This document shows positions 1 to 8,959 of a DNA stretch of 46,252 nucleotides, piece by piece; the first letter of the stretch is position 1; each line of letters starts with the position of its first letter. Origin of the DNA: Deltaproteobacteria bacterium (GTDB taxonomy: Bacteria; Desulfobacterota; Binatia; UBA9968); assembly GCA_016180805.1 (NCBI GenBank), contig JACPAM010000277.1, positions 1 through 46,252 on the forward strand, in the 5' to 3' direction. The notes beneath the pieces are model-generated. The model was not told the origin of the DNA. It worked only from the letters and a program-made list of their open reading frames with translations, and did not search any database. A program made the translations under genes and the position numbers.

Positions 1-108
1 GGAAGTCTCTGCGAAGCCGAGGATAAGCAGCATCGATGTCTGAGCCCGCTTCTTCTGTCTTCAGCGGGCGAGTTTCGATGCTGCCCGAGGCAAGCAGCTA
101 AGACTTCC
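1..108. repeat. Long interrupted hairpin (REP/miniature-element-like), possibly truncated by the window edge
   Basis: Nested inverted repeats: 1-8 with 101-108 (ggaagtct/agacttcc), 27-36 with 75-84 (gcagcatcga/tcgatgctgc), 44-50 with 63-69. Confidence 0.65.
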
Positions 109-182
109 CGCCGACGAGACCCTGGAGCGAAGGGATTGGGAGTCCCGGCACGCTTTTTGAAGCAGAATCGCTGCTTGTTAAT

Positions 183-211
183 TTGACACCCTCGTCTGCC
201 CGCTGTAAAGT
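183..211 (+). promoter_or_regulatory. Sigma70-type promoter
   Basis: TTGACA-17 nt-TAAAGT just upstream of the RBS of the first operon. Confidence 0.55.
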
Positions 212-243
212 CCGGCGTTAAGAGTTGGGAGGCCTGCTTGTTT

Positions 244-1269
244 ATGAGTGAAAAACCGATACAGGAAATGGGACTGCGGGAGATCCGTGAGCTTGCGCGG
301 GCGAGAATGCCGCATGAGGCGTGGAAGCACTTCATGGGCGCGGCGGAGAGCCGCGCGACGTTCAGACGCAATCAGCGGGCCCTACAGCGGTTTCTTTTTC
401 GCCAGCGGATCTTTCACGACATCACCGACCCCGATGCCGCGGTCGAGCTGTTCGGCTACCGGCTTTCAACGCCCGCTTTCGTAGCCCCCGTCGGAAGCTT
501 CAGCCTGATCGGCGAAACCGCCGAGCGTGATGTCGCCCACGGCGCGGGCCGGGCCGGAACCATGCTCTTCGTGAGCCATGCCGCCGTCTCGAGCATGCGT
601 GACTGGAAGCAGGCAACCAGCGCCCCCATCGTCTTCATGGGCTATCTCACCCGGGGTCGGGAGGATGTTTTGCGCTGCGCCAAGCTCGCTGAGGAAGTCG
701 GTTTTGCGGCGGTTGGCTTGACCATGGATACGATCCAGCCGGTAAAGATCGGCGACCGGATCCCGCTTTCCAGAGTCGACGGCAAGCCGCGTATAGGGCA
801 TCCGGCCTCGCCGAAGGATATCGAGTGGCTCAAGCGGGAAGTTGCGCTTCCGATGGTCGTCAAAGGGATCATGGGGGCGGAGGATGCTCGGGTCGCCGTG
901 GAAGCGGGAGCGGATGCAGTGGTGGTATCCAACCACGGCGGCCGGATTTTAGATTATAATAGGGCGGCGGTGGAGGCGCTGCCGGAGGTGGTGGAGGTGG
1001 TGGGAGGGAAGGTCCCGGTATTGTTGGATAGTGGGGTACGCAATGGCGGAGACATCGTGAAGGCGTCGGCGCTGGGAGCGAAGGCGGTGTTGGTCGGGAG
1101 GCCGGTGGCATGGGGGGTGGCGGCGGCAGGGGTGGCGGGAGTGGAGCGCGTGATCCGGCTTTTTACGGATGAGCTAAAAAGAGTGATGATCATGACCGGC
1201 GTCGCGCGAATCGGGGACATCACAAGCGCCATCATCATGCGTGATGGGGAAGGAAGGGCGAAGCTATGA
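244..1269 (+). CDS. FMN-dependent alpha-hydroxy acid oxidase/dehydrogenase family protein
   Basis: SNHGGR catalytic motif, VVKGI, DSGVR, LGAKAVLVGRP; ggagg RBS; start could also be TTG 238. Confidence 0.9.
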   Translation: MSEKPIQEMGLREIRELARARMPHEAWKHFMGAAESRATFRRNQRALQRFLFRQRIFHDITDPDAAVELFGYRLSTPAFVAPVGSFSLIGETAERDVAHGAGRAGTMLFVSHAAVSSMRDWKQATSAPIVFMGYLTRGREDVLRCAKLAEEVGFAAVGLTMDTIQPVKIGDRIPLSRVDGKPRIGHPASPKDIEWLKREVALPMVVKGIMGAEDARVAVEAGADAVVVSNHGGRILDYNRAAVEALPEVVEVVGGKVPVLLDSGVRNGGDIVKASALGAKAVLVGRPVAWGVAAAGVAGVERVIRLFTDELKRVMIMTGVARIGDITSAIIMRDGEGRAKL

Positions 1270-1823
1270 GATGGATCGTTCTGGGCATATTGGTGTTGGG
1301 GGTCGTTTGGGTGACCTGGACGTATAATCTTCTGGTGAGCCTTCGACACCAGATCCAAAACGCATGGAAGCAGATCGACGTGCAGCTCAAGCGCCGCCAC
1401 GATCTGATTCCGAACCTGGTTGAAGCGGTCAAGGGATATATGAAGTACGAGCAGGACACCCTGGAGAAGGTCATGGAGGCGCGCGCCAAGGCCCTGAGGT
1501 CGAGCAGCATCAAGGAGAGCGCCGAGGCGGAGAATATTCTCACGCAGACTCTCGGCAGGATCTTCGCCCTGATGGAGAACTATCCGGACCTCAAGGCCAA
1601 CGAGAATGTCTTGCGGCTGCAAGAAGAGCTGACGACGACGGAGAACCAGATCGCCTTTTCCCGCCAGTACTATAACGACCTCGTCATGCGCTTTAATATG
1701 CGACAGGAGGTCTTCCCCTCCAGCCTGATCGCCAGGTTCTTCAACTTCCAGCCGAGCGAGTTTTTCTCCGTGGTGGAGACCGAAAAAGCGACGCCGCGGG
1801 TGGACCTCACGCTGCGCGCCTAA
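1266..1823 (+). CDS. lemA: LemA family protein
   Basis: N-terminal TM, YN..V, IDVQLKRRHDLIPNLV, ENYPDLKAN, SRQYYN. Confidence 0.95.
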   Translation: MRWIVLGILVLGVVWVTWTYNLLVSLRHQIQNAWKQIDVQLKRRHDLIPNLVEAVKGYMKYEQDTLEKVMEARAKALRSSSIKESAEAENILTQTLGRIFALMENYPDLKANENVLRLQEELTTTENQIAFSRQYYNDLVMRFNMRQEVFPSSLIARFFNFQPSEFFSVVETEKATPRVDLTLRA

Positions 1824-1826
1824 GCA

Positions 1827-2822
1827 ATGGCCGCGTGGCCAGATACGCGCGGGCCCGAAGACTTCCGGGACCGGCAATCCCGCAACCGCCGGCTCAGCGC
1901 ATGGATCGTCCTTATCTTCCTGCTCTTTTTCCTGGCGGTCGGGCTTGCGGTCGATTACATCTACCTCGGCGCGTTCACGCCCGGGGGTCCAGAATTTCCG
2001 TGGATGACGGTATTCGCGCTTGCTGCGGCGACGGCGATCGCGATGACTTCATACTACCACGGGAGCCAGATGATCTTGCGCGCTTTGGGCGCCGAGCCCC
2101 TGGACATCCACATCCCGGAGCATCGGGAGCTCCACAACGTCGTGACCGAGATGGCGCTCGCTTCGGGCTGCCCCATGCCGAAGGTATTCGTCATCTTCGA
2201 TCCCGCTCCGAACGCGCTGGCGACCGGACGAGATGAGGCGTCCGCCTCGGTTTGCGTGACCACCGGACTCTTGGCTCTGCTCAACCGGGAAGAGACCCAG
2301 GGAGTGATCGCCCACGAGGTTGCCCATATCCGCAATCAGGATATTCTTTTGATGACCCTGGTCAGCGTTCTTCTCGGCGGCGTGCTGCTGCTTTCGGACT
2401 GGGCGCAGCGCTCCCTTTCTCTGTCGCGCTCGCAGCGGCGGCCGATGGGACGGAACTCTGTTCTCGTGGTAGTCGGCCTTCTGCTGATCGTACTTTCCCC
2501 TGTCATCTCCCGACTTCTCGCCATGGCGGTTTCCCGGCAGCGGGAATATCTGGCGGACGCGACCGGCGTGGAGTATACGCGTAATCCGCTTGGTCTTGCC
2601 AAGGCTTTGGAGAAAATCCGTGATGCCGCAATGCCGTTTCACAAGGCGACCCGCGGGACGGCTCACCTTTTCTTCGTCAACCCTTTGCGGCGGCGCCTGG
2701 ATGATCGCGAAGGGCACTTGGCTGATTTGCTGAGCACGCATCCGCCGATCGCGCGGCGCATTCTCCTGCTTTACCGGATGGGGGGTCGGGTGGGCGGCGG
2801 CTCCCGCGGCGCCCTGGAGTAA
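1827..2822 (+). CDS. htpX: M48 family zinc metalloprotease HtpX
   Basis: PNALATG, HEVAH, REYLAD, STHPP; directly follows lemA. Confidence 0.92.
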   Translation: MAAWPDTRGPEDFRDRQSRNRRLSAWIVLIFLLFFLAVGLAVDYIYLGAFTPGGPEFPWMTVFALAAATAIAMTSYYHGSQMILRALGAEPLDIHIPEHRELHNVVTEMALASGCPMPKVFVIFDPAPNALATGRDEASASVCVTTGLLALLNREETQGVIAHEVAHIRNQDILLMTLVSVLLGGVLLLSDWAQRSLSLSRSQRRPMGRNSVLVVVGLLLIVLSPVISRLLAMAVSRQREYLADATGVEYTRNPLGLAKALEKIRDAAMPFHKATRGTAHLFFVNPLRRRLDDREGHLADLLSTHPPIARRILLLYRMGGRVGGGSRGALE

Positions 2823-2828
2823 CGGCTC

Positions 2829-3398
2829 ATGGCGCGCTGCCCCGTTTGCGACGTCGAGATGAAGGAGGCTTCGGCTCAGGCCAACCCGGGAATGCTCATC
2901 GTGCTGGACCAGTGCGGCAGGTGCGGCGGGATCTGGTGCGATAAGTGGGAACTCTTTCCGATTCTTCCTGACGAAGCTGATCGGCTCGACCCACTCAACG
3001 AAGATCTGCTTCAGCAGCCGATTGGGCTGCCGAAGAAAATTCTCTATTGCCCCCGGTGCGGGGATCAACTCCAGGTGCTGCGCGATCCTTTCTTGCCGCC
3101 CGAGATTCAGCTTCAGCGCTGTCGCCAGTGCGAGGGGATCTGGCTCAATCGCGGGCAGTTCGGCCGCTACAAGCGCCTCCAGAAAAAAACCCGAGCGGAG
3201 AAGTTGCACACGGAGAAGAGCATCCAGAAAGTCGTCAAGATCGCCCCGGACCCAGCCGCTTGGGTGACCACGGGCACGCGCGGGATCTTCGCTTATCCGC
3301 ACGCCGAGGAAGAGCCGGATCTCTCAGCCACAGCCACGCTGCGCGGCGCCTTCAGTCTGATCCTGCAAGCCCTGCTCCGGTTGGTATTGGGCTTTTAG
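2829..3398 (+). CDS. Tandem zf-TFIIB-like zinc-ribbon protein with a hydrophobic C-terminus
   Basis: Two CPxC...CxxCxG(I)W units (CPVC..CGRCGGIWCD; CPRC..CRQCEGIWLN). Confidence 0.8.
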   Translation: MARCPVCDVEMKEASAQANPGMLIVLDQCGRCGGIWCDKWELFPILPDEADRLDPLNEDLLQQPIGLPKKILYCPRCGDQLQVLRDPFLPPEIQLQRCRQCEGIWLNRGQFGRYKRLQKKTRAEKLHTEKSIQKVVKIAPDPAAWVTTGTRGIFAYPHAEEEPDLSATATLRGAFSLILQALLRLVLGF

Positions 3399-3970
3399 CG
3401 CGCCCGGATTGCCTGCGCGAGTCTCCCGCAGACCAGATGCAGAGTCCTGCCTTGTAACGGCGAGAAGCCGCGATTTCGGGAGGTACGCTAGGAAGACAAC
3501 CTTACCAGATCGAATTGTTGGAGAATTGTTGCTGCCTCTCCTACGGATGAGAGAATCCAGAGGAAATCTGCAAACACGATCAAACTGGCTATGACAGGCA
3601 GCGTTAACTTTTTCATAACTACTCTCCCTCTGAGGGACCGTTTCCTGTTCCCCTTGTTGGGACTCACGTCGCTAGGATATTGCCGCTAAGGTGAAGGGAG
3701 CTTTGACTTTTTTCTTGCGGTAGTACCGTAGTCCAGCCCTGACGGCATGTCAATATGCCAAACCAGGATCCTACAGGGGAGGTTTAGCTGGGCAATTGAC
3801 GCGCCGATTCGAGCCGATAGGAATTCGAGAGGGCCTCTGTCGCGGTAGCGTGGTCCGTGGCCGATGATTAATTCACGTGACTCCAGCCGTGGTATATAGC
3901 CTTCGAGCACATGAAAGCCATGATATCTTGGCCTGACTGGCCTTCTCGTGTAGCTCTCAGAATCTCTTGT

Positions 3971-4216
3971 TTACCCCACCTTCGAAATCTTCCGCTTCGT
4001 GGCCTTAAGTTTTATCGCTACGATTTCCTCCCCCCTGGCCTTTAGCTTATTTAACGTCCTTCTATTCTCTTTCTCCAAGGATGGATCTCCTTCTGGAAGA
4101 ATAACCAGCGAGGCATTGCGCGGTATCTGCTCAAGCACATTGGGCCGGTCAAAAGCATATTTCATAAACTCGTCTAAAAGATCCAAATTTTTCCTCACGG
4201 TGGTCTGTCTTTTCAT
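3971..4216 (-). CDS. Small hypothetical protein, DUF5647-like (putative antitoxin partner)
   Basis: MKRQTTVRKNLDLLDEFMKYAFDRPNVLEQIP...; start overlaps the upstream stop (ATGA); family call from recall. Confidence 0.65.
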   Translation of the reverse strand: MKRQTTVRKNLDLLDEFMKYAFDRPNVLEQIPRNASLVILPEGDPSLEKENRRTLNKLKARGEEIVAIKLKATKRKISKVG

Positions 4217-4533
4217 TTTTCCATCTCCTTTTCGTATCCGTACCGATACCACTGCCACAGGCTCTTGAGGTCCTGAATCGCAAAAGTGAAGGCGAGACTC
4301 AGGCTGGGAAAATCAAGAGGCTGTTTGTCAGAGGAGCCGTCCGGGTGCAGCACATCTCTATGGGCGAACCGGTGCGCAGTGTCGTACCGCACGATTGGTC
4401 TCCATTGGCCCTGTATGAAAGCTTCATATTGAACCACAAAACTCACAATTCTACCTCTGATTTTGTTTGCCTTTACCCTCAAGCGGTCTTCCAGTTCGGA
4501 GGATAGAGGATAAACAAAATCAATTTCATTCAC
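4213..4533 (-). CDS. Small hypothetical protein with RYDTAH.FAHRD motif (DUF7718/DUF6516-like, putative toxin)
   Basis: Open 106-aa ORF in an AT-rich patch, His-rich motif, coupled to the downstream gene. Confidence 0.7.
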   Translation of the reverse strand: MNEIDFVYPLSSELEDRLRVKANKIRGRIVSFVVQYEAFIQGQWRPIVRYDTAHRFAHRDVLHPDGSSDKQPLDFPSLSLAFTFAIQDLKSLWQWYRYGYEKEMEK

Positions 4534-4741
4534 TCACTTCTCCTGGATTTTCAAATTTACTCGATTTTATTCCCAAATGAGATGATTTAAAAGAGCTTTT
4601 AAGTCTCTCCAGAGGAGAAAGGGTGGCTAAGTCCAGTATCTTGGCCACGATTTAACTAAGCGACCCGGCAGTTTGATTGTTCCTCGGCGGGGTTCTGAAA
4701 CGCTCGCAATGGGCTGCTCGTCTAGCGAGGACTCGGGAGTG

Positions 4742-4859
4742 CAAGGATAAACTTGCGAGCGACTCTTCAACGAAAGTGGCGCCTGAATGCCCATCGGCGG
4801 CAGCGTTGCTTGAACTGCCCGTAATGATAGGGACCGAAAAAGTTCAAACAGAAGGCGTA
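4742..4859 (-). repeat. Direct repeat copy 1: displaced 3' end of the membrane-protein gene at 18803-19456 (att-like island boundary)
   Basis: Ungapped match to 18778-18895 (offset 14036, ~84% by hand count); encodes [24 protein letters not shown]. Confidence 0.88.
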
Positions 4860-5042
4860 AGACCTGCGTGGAGTAGCCAATCCTTTTCTTGAAATTCGGA
4901 AAAATTGAGCTGAAGTTTCTAAGTGCTGGGAGTAAATGGAGCAGGGAACGCCAGAGAAAGGCAAGGGCTCTTTCCCTCCAATGGATAGATAATAGATCGA
5001 CCAAAGCCGAATTGCGGCATCCGCTAACGAGGCTATTTTAGG

Positions 5043-5057
5043 TGGTACAGAATTTGC
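5043..5057 (+). promoter_or_regulatory. Putative sigma54 (-24/-12) promoter for the island cluster
   Basis: TGGTACAGAATTTGC vs consensus TGGCAC-N5-TTGC with exact GG-N10-GC spacing. Confidence 0.45.
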
Positions 5058-5364
5058 GTGCCTCCCCGGTAAATCATTAATACAAGTCAACGGCTACAGA
5101 CATTCCTGTTTCCCTCCACTAGCAGATACAAGGAGGAATGCCAGTTGGGTTTGTGCGGGCCTATTATCGAGGAGATCGTTTCCGGTTGTCGGTTGCCTCG
5201 ATTAGGGAACGTGGCAGCAGCCCGGCAGATTGGCGCCCTCCAACCTAAGTTTAATTGGCCTAAAAAGGGGGCGCTCGGCGCCTCGGCAAAGGCACGGGCT
5301 TACATCATGCTCAAAAGCAGAGAGTCCGTTCGCGGGGCACGGAAAAACGATTCCGGAGGCTGAA

Positions 5365-6417
5365 ATGGCGCAGAACCAAACGCAACTCGGCTTTGTCATT
5401 GACCTGAACAAGTGTATGGGTTGTCAGACCTGCACCGTGGCCTGCAAGCTCTTGTGGACCGACGCCAAAGGCATGGACCACATGTGGTGGATGAAAGTAA
5501 ACACCATGCCTGGGCACGGATACCCCAAAGACTGGCAGAAAATGGGGGGAGGTTACGATGGTGCGGAAAAGCTCGTCCTGGGCAAAAAGCCTGCCATGGA
5601 GGATTACGGCGGGGTCATGGAGTTCAATTACGAGCAGGTCTTCTACGGGGGCAAGGGACCGGAGGTACACCTGGGGCCCAAACAGAAGCCTAACTGGGGC
5701 CCCAACTGGGACGAGGACATCGGGGCGGGGGAGTATCCCAACGGCTACTACTTCTACCTCCCCCGCTTCTGCAATCACTGCTGGAAACCAGCCTGCGCCG
5801 AGGCCTGCCCTTTCCAAGCCATCGAGAAACGGGCGGAAGACGGTGTGGTACTCGTTGACGAGACGAAGTGCGCCCGGTGCGGGGACCCCGTCTGCATGGC
5901 GGGTTGTCCCTACAAGGAGATCTTCTTTAACGACTTTGCCCATGCCGGCCAGAAATGCAATGGCTGTCTCCCCCGGATCGAGCAGGGGGTGGCGCCCGCC
6001 TGCGTGCGGCAGTGTCCGGGGCGATGTATCTGGGTGAACTTCCTGGACGACGAGGAGGGAACCGTCCACAAGTTGGTGAAGCAATGGAAGGTCGCGCTGC
6101 CGTTGCACCCGGAGTTCAACACCGGGCCCAACGTATACTATGTTCCCCCTTTGGCCCGGGTCCGGCTGGATGAGAACGGAGACGTTGACGAAAGCAAGCC
6201 CCATATCCCCATCGAGTATCTGAGGTCGCTGTTTGGGCCCGGTGTGGACGAGGCGCTGGAGATCATAAAGCAGGAAATGGCCAAGCGAAGAAAGGAGCCC
6301 AAGGAGCCTTCGGAGCTGTTGGACCTGTTGATCGCCCGGCACTGGAAGGAGCTTCTGGGGCCCTTCGCCAAGGACCCCGGCGAGGTCAAGATCAGTTCAC
6401 AAGCGGCGAACGAATAG
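5365..6417 (+). CDS. Type II DMSO-reductase-family Fe-S beta subunit (EbdB/SerB/NarH-like)
   Basis: DLNKCMGCQTCTVACK, MWWMKVNT.PG.GYP, PNWDED.G.GEYPN, YLPRFCNHC, PLHPEFNT.PNVYYVPP; ggagg RBS before ATG 5365. Confidence 0.93.
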   Translation: MAQNQTQLGFVIDLNKCMGCQTCTVACKLLWTDAKGMDHMWWMKVNTMPGHGYPKDWQKMGGGYDGAEKLVLGKKPAMEDYGGVMEFNYEQVFYGGKGPEVHLGPKQKPNWGPNWDEDIGAGEYPNGYYFYLPRFCNHCWKPACAEACPFQAIEKRAEDGVVLVDETKCARCGDPVCMAGCPYKEIFFNDFAHAGQKCNGCLPRIEQGVAPACVRQCPGRCIWVNFLDDEEGTVHKLVKQWKVALPLHPEFNTGPNVYYVPPLARVRLDENGDVDESKPHIPIEYLRSLFGPGVDEALEIIKQEMAKRRKEPKEPSELLDLLIARHWKELLGPFAKDPGEVKISSQAANE

Positions 6418-6448
6418 ATGAAACGAGAGCGGTGATAGGGGGGACGGC

Positions 6449-7123
6449 ATGGAGGTGGTTTTGGAAAGACAGGATGCAGTATCAACAGGCGCCCGAAGCA
6501 AGCTTTACGCTCTGCTGGCGCATGGTTTTCGCTATCCCACGGCCTCCCTCTTTGAGGCGGTCAGGGGTGGGCAGTTCCTTTCGGAGGTGAAAGCCGCCGC
6601 CTCCCAGCTACCTTACCCGTTTACCGTGGAGGGGACGTTGGGCTCGCGGCTTTCCTGGGATCGTCAGCAATTCGAAAACCAGTTCATTTGGCTGTTCGAT
6701 GTAGGAGGGCCGAACCCCAACACAGGGGAGTGGGAAGTGCCCTGCTTCCTGTGCGAAGGGGAGTACGGCGGGGGAAGGCTGAAAGTGATGCAGGACGCCC
6801 TGCGCTTCTACCACCACTTCGGGCTGAGTCTTTCGCAGGAGAAGGGGGAACGGGACCGACCGGACCACCTTTCCGCGGAGTTGGAGTTCCTGCACGCGTT
6901 GACCTTCAAGGAGGCGGAGCTTTGGCAGCAGGGGAAAGGGGAGGAGGCATTACGTCCCTATCGGGGTGCGGAGCGGGACTTTCTGCTGTTCCATCTGGCG
7001 GACTTCCTGCCTCAGGTGGCCGCGAAGGTGGTACACCGAAACATTTCCTTTTACTCGGACCTTGCCCGCCTGGGGGAGCACTTCTGCCAGGCGGAGCTGG
7101 CTTACCTGCAGCGTGGGGCTTAA
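6449..7123 (+). CDS. TorD/DmsD/EbdD-family molybdoenzyme maturation chaperone
   Basis: FY..FGL, RPDHLSAELEFLH, RDFL..HL, FY..LA. Confidence 0.9.
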   Translation: MEVVLERQDAVSTGARSKLYALLAHGFRYPTASLFEAVRGGQFLSEVKAAASQLPYPFTVEGTLGSRLSWDRQQFENQFIWLFDVGGPNPNTGEWEVPCFLCEGEYGGGRLKVMQDALRFYHHFGLSLSQEKGERDRPDHLSAELEFLHALTFKEAELWQQGKGEEALRPYRGAERDFLLFHLADFLPQVAAKVVHRNISFYSDLARLGEHFCQAELAYLQRGA

Positions 7124-7251
7124 GCGACCGATTTGCCGTCGGGGAGGATCAAGAGGATCAAATGGTCGGTTTGAACTTGAAGTTGGTGGGCGTAGCGTTC
7201 AAGGGGTGACGCCAAACAAATACAGTTTTTCGTAACCGCGGGAGGTCTGAC

Positions 7252-8904
7252 ATGAAGCGATGGCAAGTTTTATTCTCAGTGGCAGGCACTGTGATGGCAT
7301 TGATGTTGGTTGCCCGCAGCCTGACGCCAGCCGTGGTGGCCCCGAAGGGCCACTTACGCATGGCCCTTTCCTCTTTGGGCGCTGCCGAGAGGTTTCTTCC
7401 CTGGGCGGACCCTGGCTGCGAGCCTTTTATCTTGCAGCGGGTCGTCTACGATTTTCTGCTTTACTCGGACCTCGATACCGGGGAACTGCGACCAGGCCTG
7501 GCGGAGCGCTGGGTGGCTGAGGACGGGGCAAAGGCCTGGCGGTTTTACCTGCGTAAGGGGGTCCAGTTCCAGCAGGGCTACGGAGAGATGACGGCTGAGG
7601 ATGTCAAGTTCACTTTTGAGCGCTTGATCTCCAAGGATTCGCTCGCGTCTTGGGGGAAACCGCTTGCCCGTGACCTGGACCGGATTGAAATAGTGAACCC
7701 TTACGAGATTGTTTTCCGTCTGAAGAAACCTGATGTAACCTTTCCTGCCAACACGGTGGAGGTGCGTTGCCAAGTAGTCATCGTGTCGAAAAAGTATGTG
7801 GAGTCTGTTGGCGAGGCTCAGGCGGCGGAAAAGCCCGTGGGCAGTGGGCCCTTCCGATTGGTGGAGCATCGTCGTCGAGTGACAGCCCGGTTTGAGGCCA
7901 GCGTCCCCCATTGGAGAAAGAGCCCTGGCTTTGCCAGTATGACCCTTTATCGGGTTGAGGAGCCAGCAGCGCGGCTCGCGATGTTGAGAGCCGGCGAGGT
8001 GGACGTAGCCGAGATCCCGTACAAGTTGCTGAAAGAGGCCGAGGTGGCTGGATTCGCCTTCGCCCGCAGCAAAGCAGCCAGCGTCTATCATATACATCTC
8101 GGGGGCATGATTAACCCCAAGAACAAGCACTTCAACCCCAATATCCCCTGGGTGGTCAACGCGGCGGATCCGAGCAGTGCGAAGAGGGCTCTCACGGTGC
8201 GTAAAGCCCTCAACCTGGCGGTAAACAAACAGGAGATCGTTGACTCCATCTTCTCGGGGAAGGGCGAGCCGTCGATCTTCGCCTTTCTGCCTCCGGGCTC
8301 GGTGTTTGCTCCTGCCGGTCTTAAGCCCTATCCCTATGACCCGGAACAGGCCCGCAAACTGCTGGCAGAAGCTGGCTATCCGGGCGGACGGGGCTTTCCT
8401 ACTGTAACCGCGCGGCTGGTACCCTTCCCTGGCCGGGCCGAGCAGGTGGATGTGGCTGAGGCTGTAGCGGGCTACTGGGAGAAAAACCTGGGTCTCAAGG
8501 TAAAACGAGAGGTAATGGATTGGCCAGCCCTGGCGGCAAAACTGAAGGTCCGGGATGAGGCGGGGATCATCTGGGCGTATGGCACTATTCCTCGCCCGCT
8601 TGGCGAGCCCTTGGTGACTATGATGTCCTGGGTCCACAGTGGGGCCATGTATAGCGCCATTGGGGAGATTCCGGAGGTGGATCGGCTCTATGAGGCGGTC
8701 ATGAAAGAGGTCGATCCTGAGAAGCGGAAACTGCGGTACCGTGATCTGGCGCGCTATATCTATGATAATTACCTCGTGGTGCCCATCGGTTCTGTCGATG
8801 CGCAGTATGCGGTGAACCCCAAGGTGGTGGATGTAAAAAAGTGGCGCTTAGTGCCAGGCGAAACTTACATTCACAACTACGAATTTATCGAACCAGTCAG
8901 GTAG
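7252..8904 (+). CDS. Peptide/nickel-type ABC transporter substrate-binding protein (family 5)
   Basis: Signal-like N-terminus, PGLAERW, LRKGVQF, TAEDVKFTF, PVGSGPF, VRKALNLAVN, YPYDPEQARKLL. Confidence 0.93.
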   Translation: MKRWQVLFSVAGTVMALMLVARSLTPAVVAPKGHLRMALSSLGAAERFLPWADPGCEPFILQRVVYDFLLYSDLDTGELRPGLAERWVAEDGAKAWRFYLRKGVQFQQGYGEMTAEDVKFTFERLISKDSLASWGKPLARDLDRIEIVNPYEIVFRLKKPDVTFPANTVEVRCQVVIVSKKYVESVGEAQAAEKPVGSGPFRLVEHRRRVTARFEASVPHWRKSPGFASMTLYRVEEPAARLAMLRAGEVDVAEIPYKLLKEAEVAGFAFARSKAASVYHIHLGGMINPKNKHFNPNIPWVVNAADPSSAKRALTVRKALNLAVNKQEIVDSIFSGKGEPSIFAFLPPGSVFAPAGLKPYPYDPEQARKLLAEAGYPGGRGFPTVTARLVPFPGRAEQVDVAEAVAGYWEKNLGLKVKREVMDWPALAAKLKVRDEAGIIWAYGTIPRPLGEPLVTMMSWVHSGAMYSAIGEIPEVDRLYEAVMKEVDPEKRKLRYRDLARYIYDNYLVVPIGSVDAQYAVNPKVVDVKKWRLVPGETYIHNYEFIEPVR

Positions 8905-8959
8905 CCCTATCGGACATGGTTCACCTTATCGAGCGGCCTGAAAGGTAGTTATCTCGGAC

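Noticed and set aside
880-1260. Strongly G-skewed tract with a proline-rich antisense ORF
   Set aside because: Explained by Val/Gly/Ala/Glu codons of the oxidase C-terminus
3409-3910. Short ORFs or an ncRNA in this intergenic stretch
   Set aside because: No motif, RBS or recognisable RNA structure
4627-5090. Minus-strand ORFs of 107 and 125 aa as genes
   Set aside because: Only the last ~30 codons of one are meaningful, and they are the duplicated gene end
5130-5363. 72-aa ORF after an aaggagg site (possible gene remnant or leader)
   Set aside because: No recognisable family beyond a vague N-terminal resemblance; cannot be supported
5230-5364. N-terminal extension of the beta subunit in the ORF track
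   Set aside because: Homology and the RBS start at ATG 5365
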